Source: Lama guanicoe
Lineage: Eukaryota
Length of the DNA stretch: 64,000 nt
Reading direction: 5' to 3'
Assembly: GCA_013239625.1 (NCBI GenBank)
Contig: MU056050.1
Span: forward strand, 1,536,084-1,600,083
Below the pieces are notes generated by a model. The model was not told where the DNA came from. It ran no database searches and saw only the letters and a list, made by a program, of their open reading frames with translations. Positions 12,842 to 25,700 of the stretch are shown piece by piece; positions within the stretch are counted from its first letter, which is position 1; each line of letters begins with the position of its first letter. The position numbers were made by a program, and so were the translations under genes.

Positions 12842-15588
12842 TATGTGAAAGATAATTTGAATGAGAATAGCAAAGAAGGAGGAAGAGAAGTAGGAAGTAA
12901 GAAATTGCCTGTGAAAATAGACTATGTTAACTTATTAAAGAGAATGATGCAATAATGACTTACAGATAAGGAGACACATCAATAGAACATACTAGAGATT
13001 CTAGAAACAGACCTATATATATATATATATATATGGAAAGTAAATATATTGTAAAAGTACAAAAGCATCAATAACTATTGCTGGGGTTTTTGGCTATCAA
13101 TTTATGAGGGGAAAAAGCACATACAACATACATTTCAGATGAAGAAAAGACCTAGACTTGAAATAATAAAAGTTAGGGTTAGAAAAAAATACAGAAAGAA
13201 CATTGATTTTTTAAAATCATGAATAGGTTGGAGAAGAACTTATTGAGACACAAAAGCAAGCAAGAAACACAAAGGAAAGTTCTAACAATGCTTTCTATAT
13301 GCAAAAAAGAAAACTACTGTTGTAAAAAATCCGTAAGTAAAAATAAGTGGCAAATTCAGAGTAAATATTTGCATATATATTTACTTAATATTCTATATAA
13401 GTATCTTGTACAAATAAAGAAAAAGGATAAACAACTCCATAGATGAGAGAAAAATAAATATGAATGAGCAATTCACAGAGATAAAAATGGTAGTAAAGCA
13501 TACAAAAAATAATAATTCTCACTATGAGGAAAATATAAGTTAAAATAACATTGAGAAGAGTGTATTTCTCGAATGGTGTCATTAGGAGATTTTTTTACCC
13601 TCTGCCTAGTGAGAAAAACATAACTGGTGAAAATTATAAAAAATAATAATCTCTTAAAATTGCTCTAAGAGCATATAATGAACTATATTTGACATACAGT
13701 TTCTGTATTTGACAGAAACATTCATTCAAGAAATTCTATTAAATTTCTGTAAGAACGCCAGAAGTCTGTTGTATTTCAGCCAATACCTACCCTCTCCCTT
13801 CCTATCCTCCCAGCACAGTGTAATGGAAGCTCTAAAACTAACAGGTGCAAGGTAGAGCAAGGAGCTCTCTACCAGCCCCTCAGTTCCCCATCTAGGGGTA
13901 TGATATCTCCATTGGAAAGGTAGGCTGCAAGCATTCCTGACTGCCCAAAGCTCTAAGTTGCAGAATCTATTTTCTGAGGAAGTGCAGCTGAGTGGCTTCG
14001 GCTCCTTTCCTCTAACCAGATTCCACTCGTAGGGTCGAAGCTCCACTTTAGTTGTGGCAGGCTGAGACAACTGGTCCCCACTTGCCTGTGCCCAGCTCAC
14101 TTGTAGAACATTGATTTCACACCAGGAGAGGCAAGTTAAGAAGACCAAGGGTTACCATCTTTATCCAGTGTCCCACTCAAAAATCAAAGGTATCACTCCA
14201 AGAGAAATGGATCACTGTTCTTGCCCCTAGATGTGGAGGAGTGGTACCAAGTTTCTACCTAGTGAGAGAGGCAGGCTTTAAGAACACAGAAGGCCACAAC
14301 AACTTAGAGAATTTTAACAGAGAGTGGGGAATTTCAAGCCAAAGGGCAGGGTTGAAAATAATGGAGATTTTGGTCCTGAGCAATTAAAAGGAGACAGAGA
14401 ACTCTATACAAACAACAAGCAAAACAGCAGACCAACTGTAAGTTTACCAGAGAGAACCAGGGACTGGGGCAGATAAGAAGCCCTCCTGGGTCCAAAACAA
14501 TCATCAAGGTTGGCCTCAAAGACAACACTTGTGAAGGGACCCAGATTAAATTGGATCAGACTATGGAATAATTTATGTCCCAGAGCACTATACAAATAAA
14601 ACAGATATTTCTTACAATTAGTGGTAGTTAAGAGATGAGTGTGATACCAATAGACAAACCAGCTAGGAAGTTAACAGAGAGATTAGTGTAATAGAAAATC
14701 AAAAAGATCCCTGCAAAAACCCCAGTAATCCCTGGAGGGAGGACAGGTTAGGGTAACTATGTATATGCCCATAAGCTTTCTGAGGAGTGACATCAGAGGC
14801 TGCATACTGCAAGAGAAATAGACTTTCCCAAAATGTGTCACTGAATAAATAAGAAAACAAAATCAACAAGCTTCTGGAGGTAAACAAGTGAGATTTGAAT
14901 CCAGAGTTGTTGCTGTATTATCTAAAATGCCCGATTTTCAATGAAAATCATGAGAAACACAAAGAAACAGGAAAATATGACTCATACGTAGACCACACTT
15001 AGGCAACAAAAACTGCACGTCAGTGGGCTTAGATGTATGACAACATACAGTATCAAAATTGCCACCATAAATATATTCACATAACTAAAGGAACTCATGG
15101 TGTGAGAAAAAACGAAGGTATGATGACAATGTCTTATGAAATAGAGAATATCAATAAACATATAGAAATTATATAAAGAGCCAAATGAAAATTATAGAGT
15201 GGAAATGTACAATACTCAAATAAAAATTCGGTAGAGAGACTGAACAGTAGATTTGAGCCGAATTAAGTGTAAACTGGTGCACTTGAAAACAGATAAGTAG
15301 AAACTAAGCAATCTGAAGGAGGGGAAAAATAAATACAAATAAACAGACCTCAGGAAAAATGTAGAATGCCATTAAACACACTGAGATATGCACAAGATTA
15401 CTAGACATAGAAGAAACAGAAAGTGGAAGAAAAAATATGCAAAGAAATAATGGTTTAAAACTCCCTAAATTTGATTTAAAACGTGTACATCCAAGAAGTT
15501 CAACAAATTATAAGCAGGATAAAAGCAAAGATATCCACATTCAGACAAATCACTATCAAGATATGTAAAGACACAGAGGAAATCTTGG

Positions 15589-17367
15589 GTTTTTAATTGA
15601 AATACAGTTGATTTACAATATTATATCAGTTTCAGGTGTGTAGCATAGGGATTCAATAGTTTTTACAGTTTATAACCCATTAAAAGTTATTAAAAAATAA
15701 TAGCTATAATTCCCCATGCTATACAATATATCCTCATTGCTTATCTATTTTACATATAGTAGTTTGCATCTCTTAAACCCACCCCCCTAACTTGCCCCTC
15801 TCCTCTTCCCTCTCCCCACTGGTAACCACTAGTTTGTTTTCTTTATCTATGAGTCTGCTTATGTTTTGCTATAGACATTCATTTGTACTATTTTTTAGAT
15901 TCCACTTATAAATGCTATCTTACACTTATTATGTTGTCATTTTCCTTGATGTACACAATGAACACTTTAATAAGGAACTAAAAATTATAAAAAGATCCAA
16001 TCATAATTCAATATTTACACACTAGAAGGTATGAATAGCAGACTAAGTTATACAGAAGAACACATAAGTGATCTGGAAGATAGAATAATGGAAATCACAC
16101 AATCAGAAGCAAAACAAACTTTTAAAAATGAAAATAATTTAACACATCTTTGGTATAACATACCAAACATAACAACATTCACATTATAGGCGTCCCAGAA
16201 GAAGAAGAAAGAAAACAGGGCAAAAAATGTATCTGAAGAAATTATGGCCGAAACCTTCCCAAACCAGAAGAGGGAAACAGATAGCCAAATACAGGAAGCA
16301 CTGAAGGTCCCAAACAAGATGAACCCAGACCCATACCAAGACATTTCATAATGAAAATGGCAAAAGTTAAAGAGAATTGTGAAGGCCGCAACAGAAATAC
16401 AAAGAGTCATACACAAGGGAACTCCGTAAGGCTATCAGCTGATTTTTCTGCAGAAACTTTGCAGGCCAGAAGGGAGTGGCAAGATATATTCCAAGTGTTG
16501 AAAGGGAACAACCTGCAGCCTAGGATACTCTACACAGAAAGATTACCATTTAGAATAGAGAGACAAAGATCTTCTGGAACAAGCAAAAACTAAAAGAATT
16601 CATCAGTACTAAACCTACCCTAAAAGAAATGTTGAAGGGTCTTCTCTAAGTGGAAAAAGAACTAAGAATCTATAGGAAAGAGAAAATCCCACTAGGAAAG
16701 GCAAATATAAGTAAGGACCATGGATCAACCACTTAAACAAGTCAATACAAAGATTAAAAGAAAATAATTTGTAAAAAAATGAAAACTATAACTACAGTAA
16801 ACAAAGGATACATTTAAAGATGCAAACTATGACATCAAAAATACAAAATGTGTGGAGGGGAGTAAAAAAATTTAGATCTTTTAGAATGTGTTTGAACTTA
16901 AATGACTACCAGTTTAAAACAAGTGGATATAATTATAAGTTAACATATATGAACTCCATGGTACATAAATCAAAAACCTACAATAGATACACAAAAACCA
17001 AAAAGAAATGAACACAAGCATACTATAAAAGAAAATCATCAAGCCACAAAAGGAAGGACAAAAAGAGGAAATGAGCAGAGAAAAACTAAAGAAACAACTG
17101 GAAAACAAGTAATAAAACGGACATAAGTACAATAATTATTTTAAATGTCAATGAGCTAAATTCTCCAATCAAAAGACATATGGTGGCTGGCTGGATACAA
17201 AAGACAACACCTTTCTACGTGCTGCCTACAAGGTACTCATTTTAGAGCTAAAGACACACATAGTGAAAGTGAGGAGATGGAAAAAGATATTTTATGCAAA
17301 TGTAAACAAGAAAGTGGGACTAGCAATAATCATATCACACAAAATAGACTTTAAAACAAAGGCTATA
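15589..17367 (-). mobile_element. 5'-inverted L1 with large internal deletion
   Basis: Reverse 3' UTR 15589 to about 15920. Plus-strand ORF1 (RLSADFSAETLQARREWQDIF), spacer and EN start from about 15955 to 17367. TSD acacagaggaaatcttgg / acaaacagaaaatcttgg. Confidence 0.85.
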
Positions 17368-17704
17368 ACAAACAGAAAATCTTGGAAACAGGGAAGAAAA
17401 TGCCACTTTATATATTAATGAAGCAGATAACTTTTCGTCAAAAAAAATAATAAATAAAATGAAATAGAGGCCAGAAGGCAGTTAGCTCACATTCAAAGTG
17501 CTAAGAAAAAAATAAACTGTCAACCAAGAACCTTATATCCAGCAAAACCATCTTTCAAAACTGAAGAGGAAGTAAAGTTGATCCGAGGTAAACAAAAATT
17601 GACTTTTTAATTATTTTTTTTGCTGGCAAACCCACATTGCAAGAAACACAATAGGAAGTACTTCAGGCTGAAATAAACACCAGACAATAATTCAAATCTA
17701 ATAT

Positions 17705-17870
17705 AGATTTTCAGATTTACAAGATAGAAAGCTCTGGAGATCATTTTTCACAACAATGTCATTTTTCACAACAATGAATGAATATATATAACACTACTGA
17801 GCTGTATACTTAAAAATTAGATGATAAATTTTGTTATGTGTGCTTTACCACAATAAAAATTTTTTAACTT
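17705..17870 (+). mobile_element. Short L1 3' terminus with 18-bp tandem duplication
   Basis: actactgagctgtatacttaaaa...ccacaataaaaa. tcatttttcacaacaatg occurs twice at 17741-17776. Confidence 0.7.
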
Positions 17871-18404
17871 CAAAAACAATTGAAAATAAGAAGGTAAATA
17901 TAACACAGTCTATAAATATATACTTGCCTCTCTTTCCTTTCTCACATTCTTTAAAATACATACTATATATATATTTAGAATAAAACAATATATTTTAGTT
18001 TTTAACATATATGGATGTAGCATGTATAAGGATAATAGCACAACAGAAGGGGAACGAGTGAATAGAGGTATACAGGAGTAAACTTTCTATGTATCAATGG
18101 AATTAGATTAGTATAAATGTGAAGTAGATTCTGATGTTAACACATATGTAGGTCCTAAAGCAACCGCAAAGAAAATAAATCTTGAAATACCAAAAAAGTT
18201 ATTAAAGGAATTAAAATGGTAAAATGTAAAACATTACAAAATATTCACTTAATGCATTGAAAGGTGAAAAGGAGGAACAGTGGAACAAAAAGAGGTATAT
18301 AGAAGTAAAATATGAAATGATAAAAGTAAGTCCAAACATTAATAACAACATTCAGTGAAAATGAGGTAAGTGATCCAATCAAAAGGAGTAAAAAGTTGCA
18401 GAGT

Positions 18405-19575
18405 GGTGTCCAGACAATGAACAACAAAGTAGGAGACCCCAGCCTCCATCTCCCGCACAAAGATCAACAATTAGCTATTTACAAACAGAAACAGCTCTGG
18501 GAGAGCTCGGGAGTCCACCAAAGCAACTTCTGCAAGACTGTGTGAAAAACAGCCCTGACAATAATTGCACAACCCATCCCTCAGGCCAGCACTGCACACC
18601 ACCACCAGGAAACTCCCCAGCTAGAAAGAGCACCCCTCACCAGGAAAGGGAGAGGGGAGTGAACTGCCAGCTTCCCAGCCCATTGGGGTACCATGTGAAG
18701 GACTTCTTTCAGTTTCAACCCATTCAGAAGCCAGCAGAGCTGAGATGTAGAGATGGCTACGAATAAGGGACAAGAGGAGAGGACATCAGTATTAGCCATG
18801 CAGTAGGGGCAACAGCTGTTCCCAGTGACCTGCTCTGCAAGAGGATCCCAGAAACTTTCTTCATTGAAGAAACAGCGAGCAGAGCCACCACAGCCACCAC
18901 AGAACCCCTGCAAATTTCACTGATTTTTTCGCCCCACAGATTTTTGTGTTCTTCGCTTCCCAGCCACTTGAGTTCACTCCCACTCTCTCTTCCACACCAG
19001 AGACCAAGATACGTAGCAACAGCTAGCCCAGGCCTCTGCAGCTGTGTGAGTTCAAGATGCCAGCCTAGACCCATGCAGGTGACCCCCACCAAAATGCTTG
19101 TGCTCACCACCAGCCTGATGCCCATCACTGCTTAACATGCACTGTGATGAGATCCTGCAGCCACAAAAGCACGTGCTGATAGCCAAGGCCCGCACAGCTG
19201 CATGTGGGCCCAGAGTCGGCCCTCTCTTCTGTTACCGGCCTACACCACTGGGCACACCAGCAGGTAGCCCCTCCAGCTGTGTACCTGTATGCCCCAGCCC
19301 AGCTCCAGACACACCTCCACTGCTCTGTGCCCGTGGCAAGACCCTGCAACCACAATAGTGCAGGCCAACCACGGCCCCCACAGCTGCTGTGGGTCTGCTC
19401 TGGCCCTGTCTTCTGTAACTGTCCTGCATCTATGGGTGTCAGCACCACAGCACCCATCAACAATCAACTGGAGGGACAAAGTGCAGTTAATCATTTTCAT
19501 GCTACTGAAGTGGTCTTGGAAACTCTAAAATCTGAGTATAGATGCTTCTGGCAGCATAGATGTACTGAAGAAACC
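18405..19575 (+). mobile_element. Isolated GC-rich L1 5' UTR
   Basis: Abrupt GC-rich block starting agtaggagaccccagcctccatctccc...aaagatcaacaattagctatt, similar in layout to the 5' UTR at 33442. Confidence 0.6.
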
Positions 19576-20083
19576 TCTTAGATTATATGTACAAATTGCT
19601 TTGGGATAAGCTTTGTTGTCCTGATTATTACTTAACTAAATATTCCACATTTGTCCTCCAAGCAAGATGGACCTTAAATTTCACCTTGTATGTGAAAACT
19701 CCACCTGCAAAATGCCACAAGAATCTCTTGCTTTTTCTGTGTACTTATATCCTCCTGATGAGTGATACCCAATTAGGAAATCCCCACAAACTGCCTTCAT
19801 TTATTCTTCAGTTTTACCGTGTGTGCAAGTCTTGGTTCTTTAATCAGACTGCAAACTGAAAATGCTCCCAAGTTCTGTTATATCCAACATAGAACCTAGG
19901 CCTTCAAAAAACTCACAGGCCTTCAAAAACTCTCCTAATTTATGTGTTAAAACTGACTCTTGCAGCTGAGAAGACACCGCTCTTAGAAATGGTGAAAACG
20001 CTCCTTTTAAATGATTATTGTGTTATACTGGTGAGAGTTAGGCCCTAGAGGAAATAAATAAAGCTGATCATAACTATCTAGGG

Positions 20084-20264
20084 CAGTTGTTCGTGATCTT
20101 GGCCGCATACTAGTAGTAGGTAGGGAGCTGTAAAAAATACTGATAACTGGCTCCCTCCCCCAGAGATTCTAGATTAATTTGTTTTATATGCATTCTGAGC
20201 ACTGGGATTTTTTTTAAAATGTCCTAGGTGATTCCAATGTGCAGCCAAAGTGGAGAAGCACCAG
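20084..20264. mobile_element. MER5-family hAT-Charlie MITE
   Basis: cagttgttc...ccccagagattct...ggtgattccaatgtgcagccaaagtggagaagcac. Confidence 0.85.
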
Positions 20265-20958
20265 TCTACAGTGATAGGGGCTTTAGCTTGCTCCTGACTA
20301 GTCACTGTTTTTGTAGCCGAAGTTGTTCTCCCACAATAAAAACTTTACTTTAGGAAAAATATTTTTGCAGGTATATATTTTCTTAGACTAAAAAAATGAA
20401 ATTCTAATACAAAAAGTCTGTGAAAGCCCAAATCTCTCTTGAAGAAAATAATAAAGATCTATAATCACCTAAAAATATATTACAAATGAGTATAATTCTA
20501 TAAAACAATGTAAGGTATATATATATAACAAATGATATTCCACATTGTGCAATATATGCTCTCAGGAACAACTTTTGTCTGGATGATTCCTATAACACAA
20601 ATTCCTAATTAAGACATGATGACTACTATTCTGATAAATTCATTATTTGCAACCTAATGATAGACTAAACTTTCTTTCCAATATTTTGTTTTTTGTTTTT
20701 TACCCAAAAGAACCTAGCCTTGATAGTTATAGCAAAAATTAGCCTTCTAATATGACACTGATTTACTTCTACAATCCAGATTGCTTTAGTCATCTACCAA
20801 ATCTGAAGCTGAGTATCACAATGAATTTTCTTCTATTACCTTGCTACTGTGTTACTACACCTTCCCTCAGACTTCCTCCTTTTATTTAGCACCTAGTTAA
20901 CTTCAGATGCTCTGAAAAAAAAAATCAGATCTCCAAAGAATCTCTTTCTATAAGCACT

Positions 20959-21070
20959 TCAACTTTTCAACCATTTGGGATTTTGAAGTAAATTATTAAA
21001 GAATTTTTTCACTGAGGTGATATTCTCTCCATCTTTTGCTTCAGTGATTTCTGCCTGGAAAAATTCCATA
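20959..21070 (-). other. Candidate exon / 36-aa ORF MEFFQAEITEAKDGENITSVKKFFNNLLQNPKWLKS
   Basis: Acceptor ttttactttcctag, ATG at 21069, TGA at 20959-20961. No homology recognised. Confidence 0.2.
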
Positions 21071-21204
21071 CTAGGAAAGTAAAAGTTTAATTGGCAATGT
21101 GTTTAAAATAATTGAATTCATTTATTCAATCTTGGTGACATTTTCAGCAATATTGTTTCCCTACTGTAAATGGTCAAACTGAAAAATCAGCTAGTTTCTA
21201 GAAC

Positions 21205-21500
21205 AGCATGTTACAGTAGCAAGTACCATCCACTCTAGTAGTGTGATAGAATGGGTTTGAACACAAACTCTAACATCCTTTTATTTATTGAAAGAAAGTT
21301 GTAGAGCTTTTTAACTAATAGTATTTTAGATAAAAATTCGGAGAAGTTGAAATGCTTAACTACAAAATATCTGTTGCCTTACTTGTAAAATGACGATGAT
21401 AATCACTACCTCACTGAGTTATAGAGAATATTAAATCAAATGATTTGTGCAATGACTTCTAGCACACTGTTTGCCACATAGTTGATTCTCAATAAATATT
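21205..21500 (+). mobile_element. MIR
   Basis: tgtaaaatgacgatgataatcactacctcac...ctcaataaatatt. Confidence 0.75.
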
Positions 21501-21511
21501 AAAAGAGAAAG

Positions 21512-22084
21512 TGTTCCAGAAAAATGTGTTTCAGCTCAGTGTTACAGCTCAGTTGTGACAGCAACCTGGATCCGAGTGAAACACCAAGCAGCACTCGGAG
21601 AGTTGGAGAACTCAGGTTTATTACGCCAGAGGGCCCACAGGAGTTAACACTTCAAGCTCTGAACCCCCTCTGTAGGTTTACACAGGCCTTTTATAGGCTG
21701 CCGGCTTTACACTTTGCAACATCATATGCAAATAAAGTACAACAGAAGTTGACCAACCAGGAACAAGCTTTGTAGAAATAGACCAATCAGGAGCGAGCTC
21801 CATGCAAATGAAGTATATGGACCAATCAGAAGTTAGGGAAGTGGACCAATCAGAAGTGAAAGTAATAACCAATCAGAAGTGAGAGTAATAACCAATCAGG
21901 AGTGAAGGAAATAACCAATCAGAAGTGAGCTCAGGGAACCAATAGAATTCTAGGTGTAAGTTAGCCTCTTCAAAGGCAAAAAGTGAGATAGAGCCTCTGG
22001 ACCAGGGAACCAGATGGTGCTAAGAGGAGAGCAGTGGCCCTGCCTAGGGGTCCTGCTGGTCTTTTCATGGGGCTTCCTGCCTCA
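21512..22084 (-). mobile_element. Solo ERV LTR (ERV1-like) with CCAAT array
   Basis: TG...CA termini with flanks aaag/aagg. Minus-strand TATAAAA at 21689-21695 and AATAAA at 21617-21622. Tandem ccaatcag units. Confidence 0.85.
21726..21943 (-). promoter_or_regulatory. LTR U3 motif cluster: 7 CCAAT boxes and 2 ATGCAAAT octamers
   Basis: CCAAT at 21783, 21822, 21846, 21869, 21892, 21915 and 21939. ATGCAAAT at 21726 and 21802. Activity not shown. Confidence 0.6.
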
Positions 22085-22537
22085 AAGGGATAAAAACAAA
22101 TCCCCTTATTTCAAAGTTGAAGAAAATGATTTTCAGTGAGATAAACTTGCTTGAAGTTTCAGAATTAGTAAGGGGGCAGGCTTGGAGCTGGAGGCCAGTC
22201 AATAAATATTTAGTGGGTTAAACTGTACTTTCCTATATGAAAAACTTCATCCATAAAGTAAATTAAGATGAACTGCTCATTTTCACCTTTGTTACAGGAC
22301 TGCCATGAATGTCCATTTACATTTTTATTGTTTATCACTAGGATAGAATTAAAACAACAACAAAAAGTTACTGCAGTTTTTTGTCCCATTTCTTTCCTGA
22401 GCAAGGTTGCCTAATATTTTAACCTAAGTTTTAAAAAGATATTCTACTCATAATTAACCCTTTCAAACATATTTTAAAAATTAAGACTTTTCAAAATACA
22501 TTCTTTTTTTAATGAAAATAAATGACTCTTTTCTTAC

Positions 22538-22765
22538 CATTTCTCCACATGCACATTCTAGATACACGAACATGAGAATGCACGAAAGGGACACACTTTT
22601 TCATTAATTTTTTTCATTTTTCCTTTCTTTCTTTAGATTTCTTTTCTGTTGCTTTATTAATCTTATCATTTCTGTATCCATAGCTCTTAAAAATTGTTTT
22701 TTCCATAATTACAAAACAAGCAAAAAGGACAAGAAAACAAAGTCTTCTATCTTCACTATTCAATA
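22538..22765 (-). other. Candidate 228-nt phase-1/1 exon with one in-frame TGA
   Basis: Acceptor tttttcttgtacatttatttcag and donor ATG|gtaaga. Frame reads LNSEDRRLC...IFKSYGYRNDKINKATEK...*KKLMKKCVPFV...WRN. Confidence 0.3.
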
Positions 22766-22789
22766 CTGAAATAAATGTACAAGAAAAAT

Positions 22790-25700
22790 CAATAAGACAT
22801 CTGGTTTCAATTTTGACATGTAAAAAGCTTGGAAATAGCCCAGTTCCTCCTAACAAGTAAAAAGCTGAACAAATTGAAAAATCAACAACTCCTCTTAGAT
22901 CCATAAGAGAAGTAAGGTCACAGGAAAAACCACGGCACCCCAAACTGGAGAGACGAAGAGGCAAATGCAGAGAATCACACTTCCAGTGTAAAAGCCACAG
23001 GCAGAGACCCCTGTGGGAACCAGTACTTGGGTAGGAAAACCCGAAGTGTAATGGAAAAATTGCTGGAGGCCCAGTGTAGGAAAAGTCTGAGAAATAAAAA
23101 CTCCAGGAGGATCCGGTCATTAGGGGAGGAGCACACTTTTATGAATTCTACCTACAGGAGCTTAACTCTGTTCTCACAGCAAACATCAGTCAAAAATCCT
23201 CCCAAGCTTCTGTCAGGGAAAGGGAAAAAGGAACCATTTTAGAACACAACACAGCATTCTGTTCTCCTAAACAAAGTCTGTCCTCAGGAGAAACTATTTA
23301 ACTAGAACTTAACGTGCTGGAGTTTTAATGTAACTTAATTGACCTAGGTGAAGGGAAATACCCAACTTCAGCCAACTCTAGTCTTCCACATGGAGAAAGG
23401 GAAATCGTCAACCCCCGCATTTTCTAGCTATCCTGTCTCAACTAAGGGAAAAGGAGAAAACTTAGAAGCATGTGTGAAGTTAACAGCGCAGAAGAACAGG
23501 CTTACTAAAAGATCAAAACCTAATCATAGGACTATGGAACACTTCCCTTCCCCTAAAACCACCACAATAGTAAAGGTTATTTACAGCAGTTCCTTTTAAC
23601 ATAGTATATCATGTCCAAATATCAAGAAAAAAATACAAGGTACATTAAAGGCAAAAAATAGTTTAAAAAGACAGAACAAGCATTGAGACTAAAATCAGAT
23701 ATAGCAGGGATGTTGGAGTTATCCAGACCGGAAATTTAAAACAACTATGATTAATATGCTGAGGGCTCTAATGGATAATATGCACAACATGCAAGAACAA
23801 ATGGGCCAAGTAATTAGAAAGAAATTCTAAGAACCAAAAAAAAAAAATATATATATATATATATATAGTAGAGACACAAACAAAACAAAACCCCACTATA
23901 ACAGAAATGAAGCATGCCTTTGATGAGCTTTTTAGTAGACTGTACATAACTGCTGAGGAAATAATCTCTGAGCTTGAGGATATCTCAACATAAAACTCCA
24001 AAACCAGAAAGCAAGGAGAGAAAAGACTGAAATATAACAGAACATCTAATAATTTGGGTACAATTACAAAAGGTATAACATATGAGTAATAGGAACACCA
24101 GAAGAAGAAAGAGAGAAAGGACTAGAATATTTGAAATAATAAACAATGAGAATTTCCTGAAATTAATGTCAGACACCAAACCATAGATTCAGGAAGCTCA
24201 GAGAACATCAAATAGGAAAAAATGTTTAAAACACTACGCCAAGTCATAGTCAGACTTTGAAAATCAAAGGTAAAGAAAAAAATCCTGAAAGAAGCCATGG
24301 GGGTGGCAGGGGGGAACACCTGTAAAGGAGCAAAGCTAAGAATTATATCTGACTTCTACTCAGAAACCATGCAAGTAAGAAGAGATTGGAGTAAAATATT
24401 GAAAAGTGTTTAGAGAATAAAAAGCCAACACTGACCTGGAATTCTGTATCCTGTGAAATTACCCTTCAAAAGTGAAAAAGAAATCAAGGTATTCTCAAAC
24501 AAACAAAAACTGAGGAAATTTGTTGTCAGTACACTTGCCTTGTGAGAAACGTTTAAAGAAATTTTTAGAGAAAACAAGATGATATAGGCCTGAAACTTGG
24601 GTATACATGAAGAAAGGAAGAATATCAGAGAATGAAATAAGTAAAGGTAAAATAAAAACTTCTGTTTTTCTCATTCCTAATTGATCTAACAGATGACAGT
24701 TCAAAATAATAATAGCAACAATGTATTCAATTACATATGTATATGCTTATACACTATATATGAAGTGCAATGAATGACAGTAATGATAAAAAAAAAGTAT
24801 GAGAAGGAGAAATTAGGATAATTTTGTTATCATAAGGCACTCTACACTACCTCACTCTGAACATCAAGAATCTAAATGTATCCATAAAAGACAGATTATT
24901 AGAGAAGATCAAAAAACAGGACCCAACTATATTTTGTCTATAGGAAACCCACTTTAAATATAAAAACACACATAGATTAATAGTAAATGGATGGAGAAAG
25001 ATGTGCTATGTTAACACTAATCAAAAGAAAAGTGGTAGTAGCTATGTTAATTTCAGGCAGAGCAAAGAAAGTTATGAGGGATAAAGAGGGATAATGAAGA
25101 AGACATAATAATCCTTAATATGTATGTGTATAATAACAGAGCATTAAAATACTTGAGGCAAAAACATATAGAACTGTGTGAAATAAATGCACCCTCTATT
25201 ATAGTTGGAAACTTCACATCCATCTATCAGAAATGGACAGATGCAGCAGGCAAAATATCAGTAAGACACAGTTGAATTCAATAACACCATCAATCAACTG
25301 GATATAATTAGCATCTACAGACTACTTTATCCAACAACAGCAGAATACATATTCTTCTCAAACTCATAGGAACATTCACCATGATAGATCACACTAGGGG
25401 CCATTAAACACATCTTAGCATATTTAAAAGAACAGAAGTCATACAATGTCTGCTCTCAGACCAATGATTAAAGAAACCAATACAAGAAAGATAGTTGGGA
25501 AATCCCAAAATACTTGGAGATTAAACAAAACACTTCTAAATAAGACATGTCAAAGAGGAAATTTTAAGAGGAATTTTGGGTTTTTTTAGTTTAAAAAATA
25601 GTTTGAATTAAATGAAAATGGAAACAGAACTTATCCAAATTTGTGAGATGCAGTGAAAGCAGTGCTTAGATGGAAATGTATAGTGTTGAATGCATATATT

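Larger units (their letters stand above)
13565..18404 (+). mobile_element. Old L1 5' half (5' UTR, ORF1, spacer, start of ORF2), 3' part missing, with nested inserts
   Basis: GC-richer 5' UTR near 13.7-14.8 kb. Degenerate ORF1 at 14.9-15.6 and 17.4-17.7 kb. ORF2 start-like sequence near 18340-18400. Confidence 0.75.

Noticed and set aside
18542..19581. Cluster of overlapping ORFs on both strands
   Set aside because: Expected from the low stop-codon frequency of a GC-rich L1 5' UTR. No recognisable domain.
21780..21945. Regularly spaced repeats superficially like a CRISPR array
   Set aside because: Mammalian LTR tandem repeat with no unique spacers and no cas genes.
22614..23120. 168-aa minus-strand ORF as a single gene
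   Set aside because: The first two thirds are antisense L1 5' UTR. Only the part below 22766 is kept as an exon candidate.
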